A stretch of 64,000 nucleotides of DNA. Source: Syntrophales bacterium. Its GTDB lineage: Bacteria; Desulfobacterota; Syntrophia; Syntrophales; UBA2210. The notes below the pieces were generated by a model that was not told the origin of the DNA, did not search any database, and was given only the letters and a program-made list of their open reading frames with translations. How positions within the stretch are numbered: position 1 is the stretch's first letter; each line of letters starts with the position of its first letter. Below, in pieces: positions 1 to 10,810 of the stretch. The stretch lies in NCBI GenBank assembly GCA_963662405.2, contig CAXXKT010000001.1:2496001-2560000 (forward strand), in the 5' to 3' direction. The position numbers were made by a program, and so were the translations under genes.

Positions 1-881
1 GCCGGCTTGTCGCGGAGCGCTACGCCCCGGGATTTGACGCCGATATGCCTCTCCTCGGGTGGTCGATGGCCAAGAGCGTCACCAACGCCCTCGTCGGGAT
101 CCTGGTACGGGAGGGGGCGCTCGATATCCACCGCCCGGCCCCGGTCCCCGAGTGGCAGGGTCCGGACGACCCCCGACGCGCGATTACGCTCGATCTGCTC
201 CTGCGAATGAGCAGCGGCCTCGCCTTCGAGGAGCGGTACGATCCCCTCTACGACGCGGTGGACATGCTCTACGGGAGTTCCGATTTCGCGGCCTTTGCCG
301 CCGATAAATCCCTTGCCTTCGAGCCGGATGCAACGTGGAGCTACTCCAGCGGTACGGCGAATATCATCGCCCGTATCGTCCGGCGGGCGGCGGAGGAGCG
401 GCATGATCACTACTACGATTTTCTGCGCCGGGAACTCTTCGACCGGATCGGAATGACCAGCGCCCTCATGGAGGCCGATTCGTCGGGGACCTTCGTCGGC
501 TCGTCCTATTGCCTTGCCACCCCGCGTGACTGGGCCCGCTTCGGTCTCCTCTATCTGCAAGACGGCCTGTGGGGAGGGGAGCGGGTCCTCCCGGCGGGGT
601 GGGTTGCCTACAGTACGACCCCGACGGAAAAGGCCCCCCGGGGGGAGTACGGCGCCCTCTTCTGACTGAACGCCGGAGCGCCGGATAATCCCGCAAACCG
701 CCTCTGGCCGAGCGCGCCCCGTGATACCTTTGCTGCAAAGGGATATCAGGAGCAGGCGGTAATCGTTATCCCCTCGCGCAAGGCGGTCCTCGTCCGTTTC
801 GGGGCGACGTCGCGTCGCACGGCCTGGGATACCGACCGGTTCATCGCCGATGTCGTGGCGGCCCTCCCGCCGGGGGAGTGA
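1..881 (+). pseudogene. Serine hydrolase, beta-lactamase class C-like; 5'-truncated by window edge; in-frame TGA at 663-665
   Basis: SxxK (WSMAKS) and YxS (WSYSSG) motifs. The frame continues after the TGA as LNAGAPDNPANRLWPSAPRDTFAAKGYQEQAVIVIPSRKAVLVRFG... to a TGA at 879-881. Confidence 0.75.
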
Positions 882-1029
882 TTGGGGGGTGCTCGATGGC
901 AAAGGAACGGGTCTCGAGGAGACAGAAGGACCTATCGCGGCTCCTGCGTGAACGGAGCAGGGTCCGGAAGGATCGTGTCAGGAAGGGGAAACGACATGAG
1001 AAGTGAGGATATACGAGAGAGGTGAAAAA

Positions 1030-1686
1030 ATGATGACGTGGGAAGAAATCTCTGAATTGGTAATGACGCGGCGCTCGGTCCGCCGTTTTGAGGACCGGCC
1101 GGTCCCGGAGGACCTCCTTCTGAAGGCCCTGGAACTGGCGACCTGGGCCCCCAACGGGGGGAATCAACAACCCTGGCGGTTTCTGATTGTTACCAACCGG
1201 GAACTGATCGGGAAGATGGCGGATGCGGTAAGGGGCAAGACCGAACTGATGGCTTCCTGGCCGGAGGCCGGGCAGTTTGAAGAGACCGTGGCGCGATGGC
1301 GGAAGAGTTCCGATTTTTTCCGGGGGGCGCCGGCATGCATCGCGGTCCTGATGGGGCGTTATTCCAGCATCGCCGATCAGATCCTCCGGGAGCGCGGGGA
1401 GCAGGATCCCGTTGCACGCGAGATCCGCTCCTGGCGGGATACCGGGAAGTCCAGCCTCCAGAGTGCGGCCGCGGCCACCGGTTACCTCTGTCTCTTTCTC
1501 CATTATTTCGGTCTGGGGACCACCTGGATGTCCGGTCCCCTGCAGGCCAAGAAGGAGATCGAGGAGCTTTTGGACGTTACCGGTGAATGGGACCTGGTGA
1601 ACCTCGTCCCCGTGGGATATCCGGCGAAGGTGCCCGAGACGCCGCCGCGCAAGCCGATTGAAACGGTAGTCCAATTCTTCCGGTAG
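1030..1686 (+). CDS. Nitroreductase family protein
   Basis: RRSVRRF, WAPNGGNQQPWRF, GLGTTW and VGYP motifs. Confidence 0.9.
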   Translation: MMTWEEISELVMTRRSVRRFEDRPVPEDLLLKALELATWAPNGGNQQPWRFLIVTNRELIGKMADAVRGKTELMASWPEAGQFEETVARWRKSSDFFRGAPACIAVLMGRYSSIADQILRERGEQDPVAREIRSWRDTGKSSLQSAAAATGYLCLFLHYFGLGTTWMSGPLQAKKEIEELLDVTGEWDLVNLVPVGYPAKVPETPPRKPIETVVQFFR

Positions 1687-1791
1687 CCGGCACAACGGGT
1701 GACCCGGAGAATTCCCCTGCCGACGATCTGATGCTGATGCCGCTATTCTGTTTCCAGACTCACCCGTATATTCTTTTGGAAAGGTAACATT

Positions 1792-3891
1792 ATGGAAAAA
1801 CTGTTTTATCCGGCATCGATCGTCATCATCGGCCTTTCTTCAAAACCGAGCAATATCCCCCGGATCACGTTGGAGAACCTGCTCAGGTGGGGATACCGGG
1901 GGCGGATATTCGGTGTCAATCCCGCCGGCGAGGATGTCCATGTCGACGGGATTCGGATGTACCGGAATATCGAGGATCTTCCTGAGGTTCCCGATCTCGC
2001 CTTCTGTCTGGTACCGGCACGGTATGTCCCCGGGATGGTCGAACAGTGCGGCCGGTTCGGGATCACGCGGATGGCGATTCCTACGGGAGGCTTTGCTGAG
2101 TTCAGCGCGGAGGGAGAACAACTTGCCGCCCTCACCCTTGAGAGCGCGCGAAGGTATGGTGTGCGGTTCGTGGGCCCCAACGGGGTCACGGTTGCGAACA
2201 CGGCGAACGGTCTCTGCCTCCCTTTTATCCCGCTCCATCGGGCCCCGGCGGGAGAGATGTCCATTATCGCCCAGAGCGGTGGTGTCTCGCTGATGATGCT
2301 CAATTTCCTTCTGGATGAGAACGTGGGACTCGCGAAATTCGCCAGCATCGGGAACAAACTCGATCTCGATGAGGTCGATTTTCTGGAGTACTTCGGGACC
2401 GATCCCGAGACGAAGATCATCTGCCTCTATCTGGAGAGCATCGTTCGGGGGAGGGCCTTTGTCGAGGCGGCGCGGAAGATCGATAAGCCGATTATTGTCT
2501 ACAAGGCCAACACTACCGGAGCGGGGGGAAAGGCCGCCATGAGCCATACCGCTGCGGTGAGCAATGATGATGATATCATCGATTCCGCCCTGGAGGGGGC
2601 GGGGGTGATCCGCATCCACAATTTTCTCGATTTCTTTGCCATGGCGAAGGCCTTTCAGCTTCCACCCATGAAGGGGAGACGGATAATGGTCATGAGCCCC
2701 GCCGGCGGTTTCTCCGTCCTCACGGCGGACCTGTGCGAAAAGGCGGGATTCGAATTCGCCGACCTGGGTGATGATTTCTATCAGGGATTGCAGAAATTCA
2801 GCAATGCCGGGGTGATCAAGTTCTCCAACCCCCTCGATATGGGGGACATCTATGACCCGCAGCTCACGGCGCATGTGATCTACGCGGTGATGCACTCACC
2901 CCAGGTCGATGGTGTCGTCTTCGTGAGTCAGCGGCCCCAGATGCCCCAGGGGGAGAACGTCTTTCACCGCATGTTCCTGACCGATCTCTCCAAGGAGACG
3001 TGGGGGGCGATCCTCTCCGCCGGGAAGCCTTTCGGGCTCTGCCTCTTCGGGCCGACGCGACAGATTCAGCAGACAAAGCGGTATGTGTCCTTTCCGGTCT
3101 TCGACAGCCCGGAAGAGATGGTCCATGCCCTTGCCGTTCAGATGCGGTTTTACTCCCGTGAGCGGATTACCCCCGCCGAAGAAATCCCCGCGGGGACTGA
3201 TCTGGACAGCGCTTGCGCATGGATGAAGGGGAGGGAAGGGAATTTCGGGGAGGAGGGCCTGGCGCTCCTGCGATCATTCGGGATACCGGTTCCGGAGTCC
3301 TTGGTTGCCCGCGATGCGGATGAAGCGGCAGGGCATGCCGAGCGTCTCGGCTACCCCGTGGTGATGAAGGTGGTTTCGCCGGATGCCCTCCACAAGACCG
3401 ATGCGGGTGGCGTCTTTGTCGGTGTGGGGGATGGTGCCGAAGTGAAGGAACGGTTTGCCGTGATTCGAGATAACCTCTTCCACTTCAAGGCGGAGGCCCG
3501 TTTCGAAGGGGTGCGGTTGCAAGGGCTGGCCCCGGAAGGGTACGACCTGTTCGTCGGGGGGAAGAATGACGAATCCTTCGGTCCCGTGGTCTTTTTCGGG
3601 ATGGGGGGGATCTACGTGGAACTGTTCGGCGATGTGGCCAATACACTCTGTCCGGCGCAGAGTGGCGAGATAAGAAAGCGCCTCGAACGGCTGAAGGCAT
3701 TTTCCGTCCTGGGAGGGTTGCGGGGCCGGAAACGAGGTGACATCGATGCCTTTATCGACCTTGTTGAGAGGGTGTCGCACCTGCTGGCCGCCTTCCCGGA
3801 GATAAGGGAACTGGATATCAATCCGGTGCGGGTCTTCGGCGAGGGGAAGGGTGTGATGGCCCTTGACGCGCGTATGCGGATTCAGCAATAG
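1792..3891 (+). CDS. ADP-forming acyl-CoA synthetase (fused CoA-binding, ligase and ATP-grasp domains)
   Basis: GPNG, AQSGG, GNKLD, catalytic SHT; C-terminal HKTDAGGV, FGPVV and ELDINPV. Confidence 0.9.
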   Translation: MEKLFYPASIVIIGLSSKPSNIPRITLENLLRWGYRGRIFGVNPAGEDVHVDGIRMYRNIEDLPEVPDLAFCLVPARYVPGMVEQCGRFGITRMAIPTGGFAEFSAEGEQLAALTLESARRYGVRFVGPNGVTVANTANGLCLPFIPLHRAPAGEMSIIAQSGGVSLMMLNFLLDENVGLAKFASIGNKLDLDEVDFLEYFGTDPETKIICLYLESIVRGRAFVEAARKIDKPIIVYKANTTGAGGKAAMSHTAAVSNDDDIIDSALEGAGVIRIHNFLDFFAMAKAFQLPPMKGRRIMVMSPAGGFSVLTADLCEKAGFEFADLGDDFYQGLQKFSNAGVIKFSNPLDMGDIYDPQLTAHVIYAVMHSPQVDGVVFVSQRPQMPQGENVFHRMFLTDLSKETWGAILSAGKPFGLCLFGPTRQIQQTKRYVSFPVFDSPEEMVHALAVQMRFYSRERITPAEEIPAGTDLDSACAWMKGREGNFGEEGLALLRSFGIPVPESLVARDADEAAGHAERLGYPVVMKVVSPDALHKTDAGGVFVGVGDGAEVKERFAVIRDNLFHFKAEARFEGVRLQGLAPEGYDLFVGGKNDESFGPVVFFGMGGIYVELFGDVANTLCPAQSGEIRKRLERLKAFSVLGGLRGRKRGDIDAFIDLVERVSHLLAAFPEIRELDINPVRVFGEGKGVMALDARMRIQQ

Positions 3892-3910
3892 AAAAAGGAG
3901 TAGATAGAAT

Positions 3911-4711
3911 ATGGATCGTGCACGGATAAACGGTATCGATATGGCGTACCGTGTCAGTGGCAAAGGAGAGCCGGTGGTTCTCATCGGGGGGTTCGGTATG
4001 ACCAAGGAGGGATGGGCGGATCAGTTGGTCCCCTTGGAGGAGCGGTTCCAGGTCATCACATTCGACAACCGGGGGGCGGGGGAAAGCACGGTCCCGGTGG
4101 AGCCCTTTACAATAGATGATATGGCGGACGATACGGTTGGTCTCCTCGATTATCTCGGGATCGATGCGGCGTATTTTTTCGGTGTCTCCATGGGGGGGCT
4201 GATCGCCCAGATGCTGGCCCTGGATTATCCCGACCGTGTCCGGAAGGCGGTCCTGGGCTGCACGAGTCACGGCGGCCGGCATGCCGTCCAGCCGAAGCCG
4301 GAGGTCATGGAGGTCCTGGCATCCGTCGCCGCCGTGGGGGTATCGGCCGAAGAGGCGGCGCGGAGGCGACTCCCCATTCTCTTTTCCGACCGGTTTCTCC
4401 GGGAGGAGCCGGGGAAGGTTGAGACCTTTGTCGAACGGTCGATCCGGTATCAGCCGACACCGCAGGGTGCCACCGGGCAGATGCGGGCGCTCAGTTTCTT
4501 CAATGTGAAACGGCGTCTCGGGGAGATCCGTTGCCCCGTCCTGGTGATGACGGGGAGCGAAGACCGTATGATGCCCCCTGAGAATGCCGGGCTCCTGGTC
4601 GAAGGCATCTCCGGGGCCGAGCTGTATATTGTCAAAGGTGCCGGACATAGCTTCTTCCTGGAAAGCCCCGAGGTAGTCATCCGGGTCCTAATCGATTTTT
4701 TCAAGGAATAG
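3911..4711 (+). CDS. Alpha/beta hydrolase (PcaD/MhpC-like)
   Basis: GVSMGG nucleophile elbow, FDNRGAG, GAGH. Confidence 0.9.
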   Translation: MDRARINGIDMAYRVSGKGEPVVLIGGFGMTKEGWADQLVPLEERFQVITFDNRGAGESTVPVEPFTIDDMADDTVGLLDYLGIDAAYFFGVSMGGLIAQMLALDYPDRVRKAVLGCTSHGGRHAVQPKPEVMEVLASVAAVGVSAEEAARRRLPILFSDRFLREEPGKVETFVERSIRYQPTPQGATGQMRALSFFNVKRRLGEIRCPVLVMTGSEDRMMPPENAGLLVEGISGAELYIVKGAGHSFFLESPEVVIRVLIDFFKE

Positions 4712-4862
4712 GACGGGACGGGGTATCTCGGGAAGAGGTTTTTTGCCCGGTGTGTCATTATTCCTTGACAGGGGCGTATGCTTTGTATAGTCCCGCAAGG
4801 GAGCCGATGTGTTATTCCATTGAAACGGCGGTTGAACCATTACTATGTGAGGAGGCGTGAAG

Positions 4863-5612
4863 ATGAGGCTGAATGACAAGGTGGCAATCATAACGGGTTC
4901 AGGGCGTGGTATCGGCGAAGGAATCGTTATGCGATTTGTCGAAGAAGGAGCGAAGGTCGTCGTCAATGATGTCAATGAGGCGGATGCGAACGCGGTCGTC
5001 GAAAAGGTGAAGGCCGCGGGCGGTCAGGCCGTGGCCGTTATCGGGAGCGTGGCCTCCCGGGACGTGGTTCAGAACATGGTCGATACGGCGGTCAACCAGT
5101 TCGGTACCCTTGATATCATGGTGAACAACGCCGGCATCACCCGTGATGCCATGCTCCACAAGATGACGGACGAGCAGTGGGACCAGGTGATCGCCGTCAA
5201 CCTGACCGGTGTCTTCTACGGGATTCAGTGCGCGGCGCGGTATATGCGCGAAAAGGGCTCGGGGAAGATCGTCAATATCTCCTCAACCAGCGCCCTCGGC
5301 AACGCGGGACAGCTCAACTATGCCGCATCGAAGGCCGGTGTGATAGGGATGACGAAGACCGCCGCCAAGGAACTCGGTCCCAAGAATGTCAATGTCAACG
5401 CGATCGCCCCCGGGATGATCTGGACCGACATGATGAAGAACATGCCCCAGGATGCGAAGGATCGGTTGGACGCGATGCTCCCCTCCATCGTTCCCCTGAA
5501 CCGCAAGGGGTCGCCCCTTGATATCGCCAATCTGGCGCTCTTTCTGGCCTCCGATGAGAGTTCATTCATCACCGGCCAGGTCATTTTCTGCGAAGGCGGC
5601 ATGAAGATGTAG
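4863..5612 (+). CDS. SDR oxidoreductase, FabG/acetoacetyl-CoA reductase-like
   Basis: TGSGRGIG, NNAGITRD, YAASK; GAGGAGG ribosome-binding site. Confidence 0.92.
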   Translation: MRLNDKVAIITGSGRGIGEGIVMRFVEEGAKVVVNDVNEADANAVVEKVKAAGGQAVAVIGSVASRDVVQNMVDTAVNQFGTLDIMVNNAGITRDAMLHKMTDEQWDQVIAVNLTGVFYGIQCAARYMREKGSGKIVNISSTSALGNAGQLNYAASKAGVIGMTKTAAKELGPKNVNVNAIAPGMIWTDMMKNMPQDAKDRLDAMLPSIVPLNRKGSPLDIANLALFLASDESSFITGQVIFCEGGMKM

Positions 5613-5620
5613 GATATTCA

Positions 5621-5656
5621 GGGGGATGATAGCGGTGTTTATCATCCCCCGTCTTT
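5621..5656 (+). terminator. Hairpin, likely intrinsic terminator after the SDR gene
   Basis: GGGGGATGATA-N8-TATCATCCCCC followed by GTCTTT. Confidence 0.6.
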
Positions 5657-5804
5657 CCTCCGGCAGTCGGTTACGACAGACATCGGTTGTTGACTGTTCG
5701 TCCTGAACGGTATAAAATCCTTCCCGAAATCGATATATCTTCAGACGGAAGATAAGCGGAAATCTTCCCGGACTACATGCCACCCGGCAGGAAGGAGGGA
5801 ACCC

Positions 5805-6098
5805 ATGCCGATATTTATGATGTTCGGAAAGTATACCAAAGAGGCCTTGGCGCATGCCTCTTCTGAGAGGACCACGGAGGCCATGGAGATCATCAAGCGG
5901 AATGGGGGGAAGGTGATATCGATGTACGCCGTGGCGGGGGAGCACGATCTTGTTTTTACCCTTGACCTCCCCGATATGGAGAAGGCGATGGCCACATCGG
6001 TGGCACTCAACAAACTGACCGGGATATCTTTTACCACCTCCCCGGTCGTCGATGTAGAGCAGTTCGACCGCCTGCTCTCCGAGGTGAAAGATCTCTGA
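5805..6098 (+). CDS. GYD domain-containing protein
   Basis: 97 aa; GGKVISMYAVAGEHDLV pattern; GGAGG RBS. Confidence 0.8.
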   Translation: MPIFMMFGKYTKEALAHASSERTTEAMEIIKRNGGKVISMYAVAGEHDLVFTLDLPDMEKAMATSVALNKLTGISFTTSPVVDVEQFDRLLSEVKDL

Positions 6099-6119
6099 AT
6101 GAGATGACCATGACGATTA

Positions 6120-6968
6120 TCACGACGCGATCAGGACCAGGGCCGCCAGGGCGACGGCAACGCCGAACCACTGGCGCGCACCGAGACGTTCCCTCAGAAT
6201 CAACCAAGCGAGCAGGACGGTTACGGCGGGGTACAGTGAGGTAAGGATCGTTGAAACATCGAGTCTTCCCAGGCTGGATGCGAGGGCGAAGAGGATGTTC
6301 CCTGCGGCGTCGAAGATCCCCGCGAAAAGGATGATGAGAAACAGGCGTACGCCCCACGGGGAGGCCGTTTTCTCGCGGCGCGTCGTGATGAATATCGATA
6401 CCATCGCAATCGAGACGACCCGCGCCGCCGCCAGCGGCCAAAAGATGGCGGTCTCGCTGACCTGATTGATGCAGATAAAGAAGAGGCCGAAGCCCGCTCC
6501 GGCGAGGACGGGGAGTCCCACCTCGCGAGTGCGGATTGAAACGGCACCGTTGCCGCCTGCGAGATACCAGATCGCGCAGATTCCCAGCAGGAGACCGGCC
6601 GTATGACCCGTTGAGGGGGTTCCTTCCAGGAAGATCCCGATGATAATGGGAAGGACGGCTCCCACGACGGCACTGATCGGAGCGACGATCCCCATGCGCC
6701 CGGCGGAGAGTCCCGTGTAAAGGGCGATAAGCCCGAGTGTCCCGAAGAGACCGGCCAGTCCGCCGAAAAGCAGGTTTTCGCCGGAGGGGATTGCCTCACC
6801 CAGCGCGACGGCCAGCGCAAGCAGGAGTATGAGGCCGAAGATCTGTGATACGACGATGACGCCGAAGACACTGCTCCGTTTCGTCGCCAGCCCGCCGCAG
6901 AAGTCGCCGGTGCCGAAACTCACCGCTGCAGCCAGGCCGCAGATCATCGCCAAAGCCTCCAATCCCAT
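6120..6968 (-). CDS. DMT/EamA family transporter
   Basis: About 10 TM helices; SFGTGDFCGG, GRMGIVAPISA, SLYPAVTVLLAWLILRERL. Confidence 0.85.
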   Translation of the reverse strand: MGLEALAMICGLAAAVSFGTGDFCGGLATKRSSVFGVIVVSQIFGLILLLALAVALGEAIPSGENLLFGGLAGLFGTLGLIALYTGLSAGRMGIVAPISAVVGAVLPIIIGIFLEGTPSTGHTAGLLLGICAIWYLAGGNGAVSIRTREVGLPVLAGAGFGLFFICINQVSETAIFWPLAAARVVSIAMVSIFITTRREKTASPWGVRLFLIILFAGIFDAAGNILFALASSLGRLDVSTILTSLYPAVTVLLAWLILRERLGARQWFGVAVALAALVLIAS

Positions 6969-7147
6969 TAGGTCCTCCGTGTCGTTCGTATCGCCTCCGC
7001 TCCTAGTGCCTTTCTCCGGTGATGTCAAGTAAATTGCGCCCCTCGTCTTGTGCCGGTTCGGAGCGGAACCATCATTCTCTCTTGCTTTTTCTTTTCTCCA
7101 TCGATTATATGGATGGTCACTGAACTGCGGGAGAGAGTGCGAGAGCC

Positions 7148-8347
7148 ATGGACGATCAGAAGACGGAGGACAGCGAACAGCAGGAAGGACTGAATCCCCA
7201 CTCCTACGTCATGCCGGTCGTCTTCCTGACCGGTGTCTTCTGTATCAATTTTATCTCTCGTATCATTCTATCCCCGCTTGTCCCTGCCGTTGAGGCGGAC
7301 CTGGGGGTCGGTCACGGGGCCGTCGGGTCGTTCTTTCTTTTGATTACCGCCGGATACTTTGTTTCTCTCGTGGGCTCCGGTTTTATCTCGTCGTGGATTT
7401 CCCACCGCTTGACCATCGTCCTTTCCTCCGTATCGCTTGGTTGTGTCCTGGGCCTCGTCTCTCTCGCGGGCTCGGCGGATGTCATCGCCCTGGGGATGTT
7501 CTGTATCGGTCTGGCAACCGGCTTCTATCTCCCCTCGGGGATAGCGGCCATTACCGACCTCGTGCATCCCGGACGGTGGGGGAGGGTACTTGCCATTCAT
7601 GAACTCGCTCCGAATATGGCCTTTCTGATGGCCCCTCTTATTGCCGAGGCGCTGCTCCTTTTTTTCTCGTGGCGGGGGGTCATTGCCGCCATAGGGATCG
7701 GTGCCCTCCTCATGGGGGTGTTCTTTTCGCGTGTCTGCCGTGCGGGTGATTTCCATGGTCAAAAGCCGGAAATGCGCTCCTCTCTCGCTCTCTTTCGGAA
7801 TCCACCATTCTTGATCATTACCCTCCTCTTTTCGTTGGGAATCGGGAGCACGATCGGTGTCTACTCCATGCTCCCTCTCTATCTCGTTGTTGACCACGGG
7901 ATCGAACGGGTGGAGGCGAATACCTTGATTGCCCTCTCTCGTCTCCTGACGCTCGGGACCGTCTTCCTGGGGGGATGGGCTGCGGACCATTTCGGCAAGG
8001 TCAGGACGATCAGGACTGTCTTCTTCATTACCGGAATCCTAACGATCCTTCTCGGATTCGTTCCCGCCCCTTGGATACGGGGTGTTGTGCTCTTTCAGCC
8101 CCTCTGCTCGGTCTGCTTTTTCCCGGCGGGGTTTGCGGTTCTCTCCGCCATTGTCCCCCCCGCGAGTAGAAACATAGCCGTTTCTCTGTCGATCCCCATG
8201 GCCTTCCTGGTGGGGGCGGGGTTGTTCCCGGCCGGGATCGGTATTGCGGGTGACGCGGGGATTTTCGGGACCGGGTTTATAGTGGTGGGAGGGTTGATCT
8301 TCACGGGGAGTTTCATCCCCGGGTTTGTGCGATTGAAGGACGAGTAA
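7148..8347 (+). CDS. MFS transporter
   Basis: About 12 hydrophobic segments; GGWAADHFG motif. Confidence 0.85.
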   Translation: MDDQKTEDSEQQEGLNPHSYVMPVVFLTGVFCINFISRIILSPLVPAVEADLGVGHGAVGSFFLLITAGYFVSLVGSGFISSWISHRLTIVLSSVSLGCVLGLVSLAGSADVIALGMFCIGLATGFYLPSGIAAITDLVHPGRWGRVLAIHELAPNMAFLMAPLIAEALLLFFSWRGVIAAIGIGALLMGVFFSRVCRAGDFHGQKPEMRSSLALFRNPPFLIITLLFSLGIGSTIGVYSMLPLYLVVDHGIERVEANTLIALSRLLTLGTVFLGGWAADHFGKVRTIRTVFFITGILTILLGFVPAPWIRGVVLFQPLCSVCFFPAGFAVLSAIVPPASRNIAVSLSIPMAFLVGAGLFPAGIGIAGDAGIFGTGFIVVGGLIFTGSFIPGFVRLKDE

Positions 8348-8547
8348 TCGGAAGATACTGTGCGGTGACGTTCCCCATCGGTTGCGAATCCGGGGGGGGA
8401 TGGAGGGAGTCGTAGGCGCATAGAAACCGGACGATCATCGGGTAGTCCGGCGACATAATCACAGAAAGCGTTTTAAAGAATCGAACTCGAAGGGCTTTCC
8501 TGCGAGGGGAAAAACATGATGGACATGATACGGGGGAAGGGCACGAA

Positions 8548-9816
8548 GTGAGAGACTCAAGGATATATTACGGATGGTTTGTCGTGGGCGGTCTTGTGGG
8601 GGTTGCCTTTTTCGGTCCCATGGGGCGCTATATCCTCACCTCCCTCTTCCCGTTCATCATGGAAGATCCCGGTTGGTCACGGCAGACGATCGGGCTTGCC
8701 TTTACGATCCATTTCTGGGCCTACGCCTTCTTCGCCGTCCTTGCGGGGCGAATGGTTGACCGAATCGGGGGGAGAAAGACCATCGCGGCAGGAGGCGTCC
8801 TGATGTTGGTTGGACTGATCTGCTTGTCATTGATGCGTCAGATATGGCAGTTCTACCTTATATTCGGTGTTCTGCTGGCGGCCGCGGTTTCCATGACCCA
8901 TTTCGTTCCGAATACCGCCATTGTCAGGAAGTGGTTTGTCAAAAAAGCCGGGATGACGACGGGGATGGTCGGGGTCGGAACGGTTCTCGGTCTCGCCGCT
9001 CTGCCTCCCGTGATAAGCCGGATCAGTGCGACGATGGGGTGGCGGTCTGCGTGTCTTATCTGTGCCCTGGTCATCGGTACCATGATCATTTTGATCGCCG
9101 TCCTGATCATAAAAAATACGCCCGAATCCATCGGTCTGAAGCCGTATGGCGAAGGCGACCCCGTTTTCACCCCTTCAAGAGGCACTGGTCCCGCTATCCC
9201 CGGCCGGTGGGTTGAATTATCCCTGCGTCAGTCGCTCCACACAAAGGCATTCTGGTATTTTTTTATCGTCTATTCGCTGACCGGGATCCCGTTGCAGGGG
9301 ATGTTGAGTCACGTGATCATATGGGGTGTCGAGGTCGGGGTCCCCTCCGAGCATTCGGGATTGATCATGGCGGTACTGGCGCTCCCTTCAATCCCCCTCC
9401 GGATTATGGCGGGATGGCTGGGGGATCGCTTCGGCAAGAAACAGGTCCTCGTCTATTTCAATCTGTGTGCGGGGTTGCTCTGGTTGTGGGGCTGGTTCTT
9501 TATCAAGGACGGCACAAGTTTTTTTATATTCTGTTTTCTCTTGGGGTTTGTCTATTCAGCTCCCCTCTCGCTCTATACGCCTTTCCTGGGGGATATCTTC
9601 GGCCGATTCTCGGTCGGGACACTGATGGGGGTCCTTACCCTCGGTCATGGGATCATCGGGGGCGCCGGTCCCTTTTTGTGGGGATGGATTGCCGATGTGA
9701 CCGGTTCCTATGCCGTCAATTGTGTCATCTGTGCAGGGTGTTATCTGCTGATCGTCGTATTTCTCTCCATGATTGATCCGTTGGCATCCGAAAAGGTCCG
9801 GGAACACACGGCCTGA
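8548..9816 (+). CDS. MFS transporter (OFA/monocarboxylate-like)
   Basis: GRMVDRIGGR and GWLGDRFGKK motif A; PESIGLKPYG. Confidence 0.88.
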   Translation: MRDSRIYYGWFVVGGLVGVAFFGPMGRYILTSLFPFIMEDPGWSRQTIGLAFTIHFWAYAFFAVLAGRMVDRIGGRKTIAAGGVLMLVGLICLSLMRQIWQFYLIFGVLLAAAVSMTHFVPNTAIVRKWFVKKAGMTTGMVGVGTVLGLAALPPVISRISATMGWRSACLICALVIGTMIILIAVLIIKNTPESIGLKPYGEGDPVFTPSRGTGPAIPGRWVELSLRQSLHTKAFWYFFIVYSLTGIPLQGMLSHVIIWGVEVGVPSEHSGLIMAVLALPSIPLRIMAGWLGDRFGKKQVLVYFNLCAGLLWLWGWFFIKDGTSFFIFCFLLGFVYSAPLSLYTPFLGDIFGRFSVGTLMGVLTLGHGIIGGAGPFLWGWIADVTGSYAVNCVICAGCYLLIVVFLSMIDPLASEKVREHTA

Positions 9817-9861
9817 TCGATGACTCTCGGGGACAACGGCACGAGATAGCACTTCGATTTT

Positions 9862-10719
9862 TCAGCTCGTCAGATAGCGGCACAGTTCATCGTAGACGCG
9901 GGCGGTATCGAAGTAGCCTTGGTCATAGGTTGCGTAAAGCCTGCCTGTATCCCGTTCGATCCGTCCTGCGGGTAGTGCCGACCGGGGACGGATGATGAAT
10001 GCCGCGCCGCTCTGTTCCATCTCATCGATGAGCCCCATTGTTTCGTTGTAGCCGTCCTGCCTGCGGGAGAGGGCGTCGGACAGGCCGGGGAGACGGGGAT
10101 AGACAATGCGCGCGAGGCTCCCGACGGGGGAGGGTTTTTTTCGATACCCCTTCGGTCTGGTCAGGACGAGGACATGCCGGGCATTCCCATCGTTAATACT
10201 TCTCCTGATCGGAACGGAATCGGAAATCCCGCCGTCCATCAGGATCAGTCCGTTAAAAGAGACCGGCCTGGATATGAAGGGAAGGCAGGTTGAGGCCTGG
10301 AGAATCGAGAAGTACTGGTCCCCCAGATGGTTCTTCTCGAAGTAGAGCGGCTGCCCGGTCATGCAGTTTGTGACCACGGTGACGCAAGTGACGGTGCTTT
10401 TCCTGAAGGTTTCATGGTCGAACGGGACGAGGGAATTGGGGATCGTGTCGAAGATGAAATCCATCCCGAACAGTTCTCCTCCCGTCAGGAGGCGTCGATA
10501 GCTGAGATAGCGTGAATCGTTGACGTACCGGGTATTGACGATGCGATTCCGCTCAGGTTGGCGGGAGACATAATTGGCGGCGTTACAGGCCCCCATGGAG
10601 ACGCCGATTATATAGGGGAAGAAGAGATTTTTGTCCATAAAGAAACGGAGGACCCCCGAGGTATAAATTCCCCGCAGCCCTCCCCCTTCGAGAATAAGGG
10701 CGCTGTGTTTCAAGTCCAT
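9862..10719 (-). CDS. Patatin-like phospholipase
   Basis: EGGGLRG, GVSMG, DGG. Confidence 0.92.
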   Translation of the reverse strand: MDLKHSALILEGGGLRGIYTSGVLRFFMDKNLFFPYIIGVSMGACNAANYVSRQPERNRIVNTRYVNDSRYLSYRRLLTGGELFGMDFIFDTIPNSLVPFDHETFRKSTVTCVTVVTNCMTGQPLYFEKNHLGDQYFSILQASTCLPFISRPVSFNGLILMDGGISDSVPIRRSINDGNARHVLVLTRPKGYRKKPSPVGSLARIVYPRLPGLSDALSRRQDGYNETMGLIDEMEQSGAAFIIRPRSALPAGRIERDTGRLYATYDQGYFDTARVYDELCRYLTS

Positions 10720-10810
10720 AGAATCAAATTACCTGTCGAGCGTGGCTGTCTGTTATCATCGTAGTGTCCATGATACGATTTTTTCGGTAATGGTTCAAGG
10801 GGGGGGCGGC

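Noticed and set aside
663..665. Selenocysteine or an alternative genetic code
   Set aside because: The position corresponds to Trp rather than Cys, and other genes here use TGG for Trp and TGA as a normal stop.
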